DNA from: Octopus sinensis
Taxonomy: Eukaryota
Length of the DNA: 64,000 bases
NCBI RefSeq assembly: GCF_006345805.1
Contig: NC_043019.1
Location: 24,241,360 to 24,305,359 of the forward strand
Reading direction: 5' to 3'
Shown: positions 27,316-39,774 of the stretch, one piece after another
How the letters are laid out: each line of letters starts with the position of its first letter
Position numbering within the stretch: position 1 is the first letter of the stretch
Made by a program: the position numbers and the translations under genes
Notes under the pieces: generated by a model
What the model saw: only the letters and a program-made list of their open reading frames with translations
Told to the model about the DNA's origin: nothing
The model's database searches: none

Positions 27316-27318
<3 letters not shown>
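26065..27318 (+). mobile_element. Tc1-like transposon with DD36E spacing, decayed
   Basis: TIRs caagggttggacaaaatattggaaacac / gtgtttccattactttgtccaacgcctg with TA flanks. KQNSGRKPKLSDKDRRTLTRIVRK; QDDNASIHSAKVVNEWHEENSSEVEHLIWPPQSPDLNIIQ gives 36 residues between D and the E position (now Q). Confidence 0.9.
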
Positions 27319-27363
<45 letters not shown>

Positions 27364-27384
27364 GTATATATATACATATATATA

Positions 27385-28014
27385 TCACGTGATCACGTGA
27401 CTGACCAGTCCATCAGATGTAGTTACACATCGCTGGTCACAATGCGTTCGCATTGTTTTAGCCTTCGAATGACGCCACTCCGCTGGCTAAGCGAGCAGGC
27501 CAACAGAAGAAAGAGTGGGAGAAAGAGTGGTGAAAGAGTACAGCAGGGATCACCACCCCCTGCCGGAGCCTCGTGGAGCTTTTAGGTGTTTTCGCTCAAC
27601 AAACACTCCGCGAGTCCGCGAGTCCGCTGTCTCAACCACTGGGCCATTGCGCCTCCACACACACACACATACATACATATATATATATATTATATATATA
27701 TATATATATACACACATATGTATATATATACATATATATATCACGTGATCACGTGACTGACCAGTCCATCAGATGTAGTTACACATCGCTGGTCACAATG
27801 CGTTCGCATTGTTTTAGCCTTCGAATGACGCCACTCCGCTGGCTAAGCGAGCAGGCCAACAGAAGAAAGAGTGGGAGAAAGAGTGGTGAAAGAGTACAGC
27901 AGGGATCACCACCCCCTGCCGGAGCCTCGTGGAGCTTTTAGGTGTTTTCGCTCAACAAACACTCCGCGAGTCCGCGAGTCCGCTGTCTCAACCACTGGGC
28001 CATTGCGCCTCCAC
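27385..28014 (-). mobile_element. Two tandem copies (27385-27658, 27741-28014) of SINE head A plus tail Y
   Basis: 356-nt period, copies look identical; each ends in the palindrome tcacgtgatcacgtga and sits between TA/CA runs. Confidence 0.9.
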
Positions 28015-28022
28015 ACACACAC

Positions 28023-28061
<39 letters not shown>

Positions 28062-28083
<22 letters not shown>

Positions 28084-30194
28084 GTTTCAGCTCAGAGATG
28101 CGGCCATGCTGATGCACCGCCGTTTTGTGCTACACTGTTATTGCGACGAACCTCGTCTAATATGTGGCACTTGGTGAAGAATGGAGTTTGATACAGCTAC
28201 TCTCATTTGCACTTCTTGCCGTGAGGTAGGTTCATCTGGGACTCTTGACAGGAAGATGTCCAGCTTTGATTTAAAAACCGCTACATCTACTTTGTGCAAG
28301 TTCCTCAGACTCTTTGGGAGAATATTAAAAAGCTGTGGGCCATTGAAACCCAGGCTGTTGCAGAAGCTGGTCCTGAAGCGTGGTGGCATTGCTGGGATCT
28401 TTGGCACTATGCAGTGTCGTCCCGTTCTAGCATTGGTGTAGCTTACAATGCCAAAATTTGGCACAATTCCTTCCAGGGTCTTCCAGACATATATTACTGC
28501 ATATCTCTCCCGTCTTCTCTCCTGGGAGTAGAGTCTTAGCTGTTTCAACCTTTCCCAGTAGCTGACGATCTTCTTTGTGAATCTTCTCTGGATTGCTTCA
28601 AGGTCCACTGTTAATTTTACACTGGTGGGTGACCATAGCTGTGAGCAGTAATCCAGGCGACTGAGGACGAATGTCCGCCAGAGGACCATCATGTTTTCCT
28701 TATCTCTGGTTCTGAATATTCTTAGGATCCACCCAGCCAGTCGTCTGCACTTTGTCGCCATCCTGGTAATGTGCACTTGGAAAGAGGTATCATCACTCAT
28801 GTCGATACCCAGGTCCCTCACAAACTTAGGCTCTGGGATTGAAATTCCCTGTGGACAAGTGTATCCTGTAAGTTTAATATTCAGTTTTGGATGCTTGTAG
28901 CGCAGAGCCTGGAATTTTTCAGCATTAAACTGCATATTATTATCCTCAGCCCATCTGTAGATTGAGTCCAACTCCTGCTGCAGGTGTGCAACATCGCTGG
29001 GGTTCTGTATTTTCTGCGAGACTTTCGTATCGTCTGCATAGCTGGCCAGAGTGGCTATCCGGGCATTTGAGGGCATATCTGAGAGAGCCACTATAAAAAG
29101 CAGTGGTCCCAAGACAGTGCCCTGTGGAACACCGCTCACTAATTGTGTGTTCATAGAGGTGGCTCCATTAACCACTACTGCCTGACTCCTATCTTTCAGG
29201 AAGTCATGCAACCACGCTCCAAGTTTTCCAGCTATGCCGAGGTCACGTAGTTTGTGGCATATCATACCATGATCCACCTTGTCAAAAGCTTTTGCAAAAT
29301 CAAGGTAGATTACGTCCACATTTGATTTGTTGAGTAACTACCTCAACACCCAGTCATAATGCTGTAAGAGCTGGGTCAGGCAGCTCCTACCTGGTCGAAA
29401 ACCATGCTGGTTATTTTATAACCATGCTGGTTATAACTCAGCAAGTTATTTTCCTCAAGGAATGCGATTAGTTTCTTTCTGACTATCCTTTCCATGACTT
29501 TGCTGATGTGTGAAGTGAGAGAGATAGGCCTATAGTTTTTGGCATCTGCTCTACTTCCCCCTTTATGTATTGGGCATACTATTCCCTCCTTCAGCTTGCT
29601 TGGCAGTTTGCCATTCGCAAGAAAGCTCTGGAAGAGAATCTTGAGGGGTTTTGCCAGGGCATGCTTAGACGCTTTGAGGAGGATGGCTGGGAAACCGTCT
29701 GGACCAGCAGCTGAGTTTGTGTCCACTTCATCTATGGCTAGTAGGACATCTTTTTCGCTAATGTCAATACATTCTATTGTAACCGCCTCGCTGGTTATAG
29801 ATGAGGTGGCAAAGAAGTCCACTGGTTCGTTCACTTGTCTGTGTTCCAACGGGGTGGTAAAGACACTTTTGAACTGGTCATTCAGCATCTCACTGATCAT
29901 AGTTGGACTGTCTGTGAGGGAGCCATCCTTTTGGAGGAGGGGTCCTATCTTGTAGTGCACTGAGACTGTTTCTTACGCGTAATGAAAGAAGGCCTTTGGG
30001 TTTGATTTTATGTTTTTTATAACCCAGGCTTCTTTGTCTGCTTTCTCCTTCACATAGGATTGTTGCAGCCTTTTTTCGATATCCATCAGTGTTGTTTTTA
30101 GGCGGGACGTTTCGCTACTTTTGGGATGTTGGTTGAGACGATTTGCAACCTTCGTCCGTCGTCTCATGAGGATCTTCCTGTCTCTTGGAATCTT
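28062..30194 (-). mobile_element. CR1/L2-group LINE copy C (related subfamily), 5'-truncated with poly(A) tail
   Basis: 393-aa ORF DVIYLDFAKAFDKVDH...GVPQGTVLGPLLF...YADD...; same 3' stem-loop (ggcggtgcatcagcatggccgc); T-run at 28062-28080; (TA)n at both ends. Confidence 0.93.
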
Positions 30195-30235
30195 ATATAT
30201 ATATATATATATTATATACATATGCGTGTGTGTGC

Positions 30236-30530
30236 GGGAACTAAACCTGGACTGAACCTGGAACTATGTGGTTGGGAAATAAGCTGCTTTCCTCACAGCC
30301 ACGCCTGCGCCTATATATTATACATATATATTATATTATATTACGTTAGGGCAAAGAGGTTGCAGGATCTGTAGAATGCTGAACAAAATGCTTAGTGGCA
30401 TTTTGGTCGTCTTTACATTCTGAGTTCAAATTTCGCCGAGATTGACTTTGCCTTTCATACCCTATCGGGGTCTATAAAATAAGTGCAAGTTTAGCGCTGG
30501 GGTTGATGTAGTCGACTTACCACCCCACTC
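30236..30530. mobile_element. SINE fragments: family C head (minus, 30236-30311) and family M (plus, about 30355-30530)
   Basis: Sequence blocks shared with 5821-5877 and 21600-21780. Confidence 0.7.
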
Positions 30531-33111
30531 CCCGAAAATATTGGCTTACTGCTAAAACCATATATAATGAGAATGAGCACTGTGAAAATGTCTCTCGTAA
30601 ATCATGATTACATAAACCGCGAAACTCTACTGAGGTTCTTGAAACACCCACTGAATAAAAAATCACCTGGAAGTGAGTTGGCTACTGGTCTAGAAACACT
30701 CCTTCTGTAAGGAAGCGTTTGTGAATTTATCAAAAGTAAACTTTTAAAGTTGAAATCGATTTTGTAGCTAAATAACACTCATGCCTAAGTATCAAAAGAG
30801 ACATGTAGTAAAAGTCTACAAGGATGTAGACGATGTAGGTTATGTATAAACGGTACATATTTTGCCTGAATATATTTTTCCTCGATCATTGCGAAACAAA
30901 TGAATGGGGACAGTTAAGGAGGAAAGAAAAACATGTGCTGTGTCGAACAGTAACTTATCAGCAAAGCAGTCCTTGTTGAACCTAAACGGAAGCCTACTGA
31001 CTGTATACACAGACTATATAAATATGTTCGAATCTGTCTGTCACTCATTGACACTAGACTCATTATATCTTGTCAAACTTCCATCTGCCACAGTCGATAC
31101 CATTTAAAGAGTTCAATAATGTAGCCCTAAACAACTATCAACTCCTATAGTAACAAACTTACGTTTAAGACAAACAATAGTATTTTAAAAGAAGCAATAA
31201 TGGTAAAAGACAGCAATAAAAACAATTTAATGCAAAAACAACGGACTCGATGTTTTTCTATGGGATAGGAAAAATGTCATGTATTCTGGAGATCAGCTTC
31301 TAAGATCTTCTAAAGATTCTTTTAAATAAAGGATATATCTGGTGAACGAATGCGCAGTCATAAAGGAATAATCACGCATATTGATATACAGAAGGGGCAT
31401 GTACATTCATCAGATGGATAGAAGTATATATTAAGTATACACTAACATATTCACATATCTATGGAACTGTCTTCACACATGCAAGAATCTGCTCGATTCT
31501 TATGAAGAACTTTGTACAGGATAATTTTATTGTAAAACGAAGGAAAACTACAGATAGTCAGAAAAATCTGATTATCTAAATCAAGCTGGTTCCTCAATAT
31601 TTCGAGGAATGCCCTGACTACCTCCCCGATATCGGACGCAGAATACTACAGATACTCAAGAATGTATAGAAATATATCCTATTATAACCAGAAAATTTAT
31701 ATCTGCGTAGGGTAAAAAGAGGTTCACAATGTTTGTGCACAAGTACAAATACCAACATTCGGGTTACGCTAATGGGCATTCAGGGAAATCCGGGCCACTG
31801 ATGTTAAAAACTGAGAGTTTTAGAAACCACCCTCAAATTCCTACGTCTATAATGAAATTGAGCGTCTCTGCCTAACACACTGATTGAAAGAACCTTTTAA
31901 TGTCATCATATCCACTAACCGCTAGATGTCACGGTGCATTCATAGGTCATCTTGTCTGCAGACATGAAGAAAATAATCTTAGGATAATTGGAAAGAAGCC
32001 CCTTGCAAGATGTTTCTTGACAAGTTGCATATCTACTGTAAATCATATGAAAGTAATTTTACCTATCAACAGAAGGTTACGTTGTCAGAAAACTTAAGGC
32101 TGCCAGTAAAATGGATAACCAGACTACTATGTCTTGGGACGACAACCAGTATATTAGCTCTCATTTTGAAAATCATGCTTTTAAATCCAAGAAAGGGGAA
32201 CGACGACAAAATATCTAATTCAGAAAAGATAAGGAGGCTAGCAAACATCTAAGTGCGACAAGTATGTAAGCTCGATAGAACTAACCTCATAGTTGTGACC
32301 AACAACATAAATAGTTGTCCGAAAATATCTCGATAGTATTTTCAATGAAGCACGGCGTAGAGGTACAAACAATTTAAAATGCAATCCAAGCAAAAGATAT
32401 TAAAAATACAACATTGAAATAAAAATTAGATGTCCAGTGGATGATAACATACAGCAAACGCTAAAAGAAGAAAGTATCTATACTTAACTCATAAGAATGT
32501 TGCTGATTTTAATTCTAATCTCTAAATTTAGATTTATACTTGCGCTTATAGTGTCATATACTTATGTAACTAACTCTGTCTGCATTAATAATCCGACAAA
32601 ACAAGACAGGATATGGTTAATCAAGAAATTATAATTACGAGTCATTTATGAAACTAAAAGTATGCGAAACATTCCACACATTTAGGCTATCATAAGAATA
32701 TATATATATATATATATAATATATATATATATATATACTATCGAGATGATTTGAAAACACAACACCTAATAACCTAATGGTATATCTTTTCTACCCGTTA
32801 GATGACATTTTTCCCAATACAATGAATTAAATATTGTAATTTAATATGTAGGCAAAATCGAAATAGCTGTAAGAGAATATGTTGGATTTTTGCAGTTAAT
32901 AAATTATACTAGTGCTACATCTTCATTTTCTGAATTTTCTTTTGAAGATTTATAAATTATTTGACTTACTATTGAATATCACTATTCACAAAATATACTA
33001 GGCAATGATTCAGTAATTTATTGGATATGTTTATCCCTTAATGAGGCGATTTTAACCTCTTATGAAATATATATATATGTATATATAATATATATATATA
33101 TATTATATATA

Positions 33112-33168
<57 letters not shown>

Positions 33169-34087
33169 CACGCATACATACATACATACATACATACATA
33201 CATACATACATACACTAGAAGTCATGCAACTATATGTATAAATACTCATGCATTCCTTAAAACCATAGATCTGCACATCATACAGAAGGACTCATACATG
33301 TGCATAAACAGAAGTACTGTAGTAGAAACCCTCAGTTGTCCTCTGCGTTATCGTTTTCTATTCCACCTTGCTTTCCGTGATATGCACCGTCTACATAAGC
33401 TCTGAATATATATTTAGTAAATGAATGTTCCAGTTTTTCCACCTTCCGTCTCAAAAATATCGTCTGTTTCTCAGTCTGCCTAGCTCTTATTCTGAAGTCA
33501 CTACTCAGCACCTTACATCAAATAGAACATTCTTCACTGCAGCATGACGTAGTACAAACATGTGATATATTAGCATCGACCAACGAACGTGTACAGTTAA
33601 CATTTGGTTGCAAGATCTAATGATGATCACCTAAATTTACCGGTCATGTTCACAAGTGTCACAGCCTTGATTATGATTGACTTTCCAAGGGTTTTATTGA
33701 CGCGAATCATATACCAATATTACTTTTTAGAAGTGCATTGTGGGGGATTAATAGCTATTGCTTTGGTTTGGGCGAGGAACATTCGGTTGTTCGACCAACT
33801 AAAATATTTACTCATTAAAATGAAGAGTAAATTGCTTAGTTTTCCACTGGTATCTGTACGCAATATAAATTTCAGGCATCGTGTCAAGCATGAGCGTAAA
33901 AATTACAAGTGCTATCAAAGTGCGTTACCCGTACTCGGTTTTACTCAAAAATAATGTAAATGACATTTGCTGAAGATATCCTGCTTGCAAATATAACCAC
34001 TTAAGTACTCTATCATACTTACATCTATAGTAGGCAGTAATCGATTTAAGAATGCAATACACCATTGGAAGAATTTGTCCGAAATAT

Positions 34088-34504
34088 TTATTTCTGTATT
34101 GCCCACGAGGGGCTAGACCTAGAGGGGACAAACAAGGACAGACAAAGGGAATAAGCAGATTACTTCGACCCCAGTGCGTAACTGGTACTTATTTAATCGA
34201 CGCCGAAAGGATGAAAGGCAAAGTCGACCTCTGCGGAATTTGAACTCAGAACGTAACGGCAGACGAAATACCTATTTCTTTACTAGCCACAAGGGGCTAA
34301 ACACAGAGAGGGCAAACAGGGACAGATAAACGGATTAAGTCGATGACATCGGCCCCAGTGCGTAACTGGTACTTAATTTATCGACCCCGAAAGGATGAAA
34401 AGCAAAGTCGACCTCGGCGGAATTTGAACTCAGAACGTAACGGCAGACGAAATACCGCTAAGCATTTCGCCCGGCGTGCTAACGATTAGGCCAACTCGTC
34501 GCCC
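34088..34504 (-). mobile_element. Family M SINE with tandem internal units
   Basis: Reverse complement closely matches 21600-22050. Confidence 0.85.
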
Positions 34505-35706
34505 TTTACCAAATTTGTCCAAAATATTGATTCGACGCAATCAGTCCACATCAGATGTCCGATTTATTCAATAGATATTAGCCTAAATTTGCGTTCAAAA
34601 TCTGCTCGCAGATCGTGTATCGAATAAAAAAGATCATATGTTTATCTGTGACTATGTTTATTTAAGTACAAAAACATAAAAGTGTTCATCTCCCGTTCAT
34701 TATGGAAATGCGCAGTCTAGAAATATCTTTTTATGTGTGATAACTAAATATTTTAATCCATAGCTTTTGGACATCTGATTTTGCACTCACATGAACTGTT
34801 TTCATAAGTGGAAAGAGGGAAAGCTAGTTTCTTTTTCATCTTTTTTTCATCCGTCTACGCCTATAAAGACTATACATTTAAATGAAATTATATTTAAAAA
34901 ATGCGAAGCTATAAACTATGAATCGATCATGCTATAGTTATTAAGTATCCATATAACCTTAATAACACTATTACCACGCAAAATATTGATATTCATTGTA
35001 GCTAGAAGGGAAGCTATTTTCAGAAAATAATAATGCTTTAAATCTAATACCGATGTTGTTTTTATGTTCTATTCGCGTTTGCTCTGCTCAGAAACTCTTT
35101 TTCGATTTATGCAAACAACGAATGGTGTATTGTATAGATTATGTCTATTTTGTAAAACGCTTCATCCGACCATCGAGTTTAAAGTTGCCTTGCTGTTGCT
35201 ATGAGACAAAAATTTGACCTCGTGTTTGAATAAGACCGATATTTGTAATGAATAGAGAAGTTGAGATTAATAAAATGAATGAATATATAACTAAATAATA
35301 AACATAATTACGATTAAACTATACAAAGAACTCGGATATAGGTGAAAATTTTAGAAAATGTAAAGGCAGAAATTCTTAAAATGCAAATAGATTAATGTAA
35401 CACAACGAAGAAATAAGTGACTTTTCTGTAAGGGATATAGTTCTGAACGCATATCGAGACTTGCAAAGACTCAATTTTCATGAAGCGCTCTGACGACACC
35501 CACTCTAAAAACAGAAACAAAATAAAAAAATTACTGTAAACTTGGTATCTAAATTTTTGTACAGCTTATAACGCCACACGTTTTTAGGTAAAAATGACTA
35601 CAGGTTTTCTTTCTCGACTGTGTATTACATACAGTAATGAGTAAATTATAAGCTTTAAATGGTTTAGTAACCGAGTTAATAAAAGGTGACATTGTCATCT
35701 TACGGT

Positions 35707-35764
<58 letters not shown>

Positions 35765-35883
35765 GCGAATAAATTGAGGATATAATCATTAAAATGATTG
35801 TACCAGTGGTCAGCGTATAAAAAAAACCATATCGGTAAAATTAATATTTAGGCATATAATTATGAATATATGATTAAAATTAA

Positions 35884-37192
35884 GGGCGGTGGAAGGACAA
35901 CGCCAATACGCTAGACGCAGATGTCGAATGTCTACAAACCACTCTAAATTTGTTCTCATTTTTGTACAAGGCAGAATGCGAGGAAAGAGAAAAGATTTAT
36001 AGAATTTCGGACAACGATATCTTAAGATTTCGTGTTTTGTAATAAAAATTACTCTTCGGCAGACGTATACTGGAAAACATATAAGTGAAAACTATATATA
36101 TATGTGAGGGCGCGTGGCTTAGTGGTTAGGGCATTCGGCTCATGATCGTAAGGTTGTGAGTTCGATTCCCGGCGACGCGTTGTGTCCTTGAGCAAGACAC
36201 TTTATTTCACGTTGCTCCAGTCCATTCAGCTGGCAAAAATGAGTTGTACTTGTATTTCAAAGGGTCAGCCTTGTCACTCTCTGTCTCACGCTGATTATCC
36301 CCGAGAACTACGTTAAGGGTACACGTGTCTGTGGAATGCTCAGCCATTTGCACGTTAATTTCACGAGCAAGCTGTTCCGTTGATCGTATCAGCTGGGACC
36401 CTCGTCGTCGTAACCGGCGGAGTCTTTTTTTTAGTAATATATACATACCGATAAATACTTGCGTACAGATACCAATATATACATACAATTCCCACGTATA
36501 CATTATATTTAATCGCCCATGTGGTTATTGTCAGAATAGTACCGGAGCAAATATAATAACTAGAGAACTCATGAGTATATATTAGTTTATATTAAATATA
36601 ACGTATACGTGGGAAATGTATGTATATATTGGTATCTGAAGGCAAGTATTTATCGGTATCTATATATATTTTTCATTTAAATATTGTTGGCATACTTCTA
36701 CTGAAGAGTGTAAAGTAATTTTAATTACCATCCAACGAATTAACTATGATTATATATTAAATTTAATTTTACCGATGTGCTGCTTTCTATACGTTGGCCA
36801 CTGGTATAATCATTTTAATGTATATATCCTCATTTTATACGCATACATATTTGAGGTCTCTAGTCATTAAATTTGCTCCGGTACTCTTCTGACAATAACC
36901 ACATGACTGAGATGGGCGATTAGATATAATGTATTCGTGGGAAATGTATGTATATATCGATATCTGTACACAAGTATTTATCGGTATGTATATATAGTTT
37001 TCACTTAGATATTGTTGGTGTACTTCTACTGAAGAGTGTAAAGTAATTTTTATTGCTAAAAACACGAAATCTTAAGATATAGAGTTGCCCGACATTTTAT
37101 AAACCCTCTTGCAAAAAGGAGAACAAATTTAGAGTAGTTTGTAGACATTTGACATCTACTTCTAGCGTATTGGCTTTGTCCCTCCAGTGCCC
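35884..37192. mobile_element. Non-autonomous foldback DNA transposon with long imperfect inverted arms
   Basis: 35884-36100 plus 36436-36570 is the reverse complement of about 36855-37192. Termini ttaa|gggc...gccc|ttac. An extra internal inverted copy lies at 36588-36725. Confidence 0.8.
36104..36432 (+). mobile_element. tRNA-derived CORE-like SINE (head B plus tail X) inserted in the foldback left arm
   Basis: Head gtgagggcgcgtggcttagtggttagggcattcggctc...gttcgattcc; CORE-like gtgtccttgagcaagacactttatttcacgttgctccag; tail as in 4970-5154. Confidence 0.85.
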
Positions 37193-37195
37193 TTA

Positions 37196-37390
37196 CCGCG
37201 TGTGTACCGTTGGCGATTTTTTTTCGTCCGTCTTCCCTTCTTTGGATCTTTCCGTTTCCTATGTTTCTGACGAAGAGCTCTGCTCGAAACGTTAAACCCT
37301 CCTTTCCTGAGCGTCCAATAATACTATTCTTGTTCCATGTCCTTGCGTTGTTGTGTTTTCTCTCTGTGTTTTCATGTTTGGATTAACTTT
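37196..37390 (+). mobile_element. Penelope-like terminal repeat fragment with a hammerhead-ribozyme-like core
   Basis: ctgacga-a-gagc-tct-gctc-gaaa-cgtt...agcgtc: CUGANGA, stem II, GAAA, stem III and a GUC site; stem I weak. Confidence 0.55.
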
Positions 37391-37446
<56 letters not shown>

Positions 37447-37451
<5 letters not shown>

Positions 37452-37741
37452 GTGATCACCGTGACCGACCAGGCTGTCAGATGTTGCTACACATCGCTGG
37501 TCACAATGCGCTTCACATTGTTTTAGCCTTCAAATGACGCCACCCCGCTGGCTAAGCAGGCCAACAGAAGAAAGAGTGAGAGAAAAATGTGACGAAAGAG
37601 TACAGCAGGGATCGCCATCCCCTGCCGGAGCCTCGTGGATCTTTAAGTGTTTTCGCTCAATAAACACTCACAACGCCCGGTCTGAGAATCGAAACCGCGA
37701 TCCTACGACACTGCCCTAACCACTGGGCCATGCGCCTCCAC
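37447..37741 (-). mobile_element. SINE head A plus tail Y, inside a (TA)n array
   Basis: Reverse complement begins gtggaggcgcatggcccagtggttagggcag and ends in the palindrome tcacggtgatcaccgtga. Confidence 0.88.
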
Positions 37742-37790
37742 ATATATGTATATGTATATATAATATATATATATATATATATATTTATTT

Positions 37791-37862
<72 letters not shown>

Positions 37863-37876
37863 TGCATACATATATA

Positions 37877-38026
37877 AAGAAAACAGAAAATGGAAAAATA
37901 TTGATGAACAACAATTGACTTACATCAATTATTATTTATTAATTCAATACAAATAGACTGCATCTCATATTGAATTAATAAATAATAATTGTTGTTCATC
38001 AATATTTCTCTATGTTCTGTTTTCTT
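37877..38026. mobile_element. ~150-bp palindromic MITE-like element with TA flanks
   Basis: aagaaaacaga...aatattgatgaacaacaatt[14-nt bulge]attatttattaattcaata, an 18-nt loop, then the inverse arm. Confidence 0.75.
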
Positions 38027-38174
38027 TAAATTTTGATTCCTGATAAACTATATTTATCTTTGTCTTTACCTATAACTTATGAGCATAATTTGCTTGCATA
38101 TGCATGCACATGGTTTAACAGGTAAAATATCGGTAGTATAATGGATACTTCTAACCCTTAGACGGTTATTTTAA

Positions 38175-38215
<41 letters not shown>

Positions 38216-38763
38216 AATCACACACACACGCAAGCACACACACACGCACGCACACACACATGCACGCACACACACTCGTAGCCTGGATGTGCTAATTAAT
38301 ATTCATTATAAAATCTGCTATTTTCGCTAAAAGCTAATTTGTACACAACTCGCTAGCTGATGCATGACCACAGGCTGTTTGGTTAGTATCACTCTGTATC
38401 GATCTACATGATTTTCTGGTTAACATTCGGCTTGGGTAGCTGCCGCTGATGATACATGAGAGGGTAAAATCACGTGATGCGATAGTGCACACACACACAC
38501 ACACACACACGCAAACACACACACACGTACACACACACACGCACACACACACACACGCACACACACACACGCACACACACGCACACACACATACATGCGC
38601 GCACACACACACACACGTTATTTTGAAAAAATCTTACATGTAGCTTATATATACCCAAATACTTCCTCCTTTTGTCTATTCTGTCTATCACTCTGGTTAT
38701 CTCTCTCTCTCTTTCTTTCTTTCTCTCTCCCTCTCTCTCTCTCTCTCTTTATATATATATGTG

Positions 38764-38849
<86 letters not shown>

Positions 38850-39688
38850 TATAATATATAATATTATATATATATATATATATAGGGATGGGTACAATGA
38901 GTAAGATTTACTGCATTATTTTTTTGAGCAAAAGTTCACTACAAATGTCCACTACCTTATAAAAAATATATCAGTTAAGCAAATGACCTTCCCTAAATAC
39001 ATTAAAACCACTATAACCTAAATTGAACATTGTTTCATAAAATTATCTCAGTCGTCTTTGAGCATATCAACGAAAAATTTAGCCAAGATAAGTTTGCCTC
39101 TTCAATTCTCGGGAATTACATTTGGGAAAAAGATCATACACATGAATATCCCTCCTTAGATATCACAAGGATGTCTAAATCAAATGAAAGATGATCATGG
39201 AAAAATAATACATAAAATGAAATAAAGGAAACTCCACTAAGCGTAAAATATTCTCTATAGTTTCTCCGCGATCTGCTGTAATGGCTCTCTTCATGATATA
39301 TTTACTGACCAAGTATTTAACAAGAAGGAATTATTGAAATTAGTCATTACACATTTTGTCCCAGTTAGACATCACTTTTTGATAATTGAAAATTATCAAA
39401 TTAGACGTTGGTGTGAGAAAAATGTACTTGAAATCCAACAGAGAAAACAATATTGATTGTTAAAAATCAAAGATTATCCAGATAATTTCAAGTATAATTG
39501 GGTCAAATTGCGTAAAAATTTATTGAAAAATTAAGAAGAGGTACTTGCCTCCTCCATCAACTTCAACAATAATAATATTGACCAAATTTCACTCTCACAA
39601 TTTAAGCAATAATACAAAAGCTTTAGTGAAAGTGCAGCAAAGTGTGTATATATATATATGTGTGTGTGTGTGTGTAATATATATATAT

Positions 39689-39772
<84 letters not shown>

Positions 39773-39774
<2 letters not shown>

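Noticed and set aside
30540-32300. Stretch that looks like very old LINE-like coding debris
   Set aside because: No motif could be reconstructed with confidence by eye; needs a profile-HMM search.
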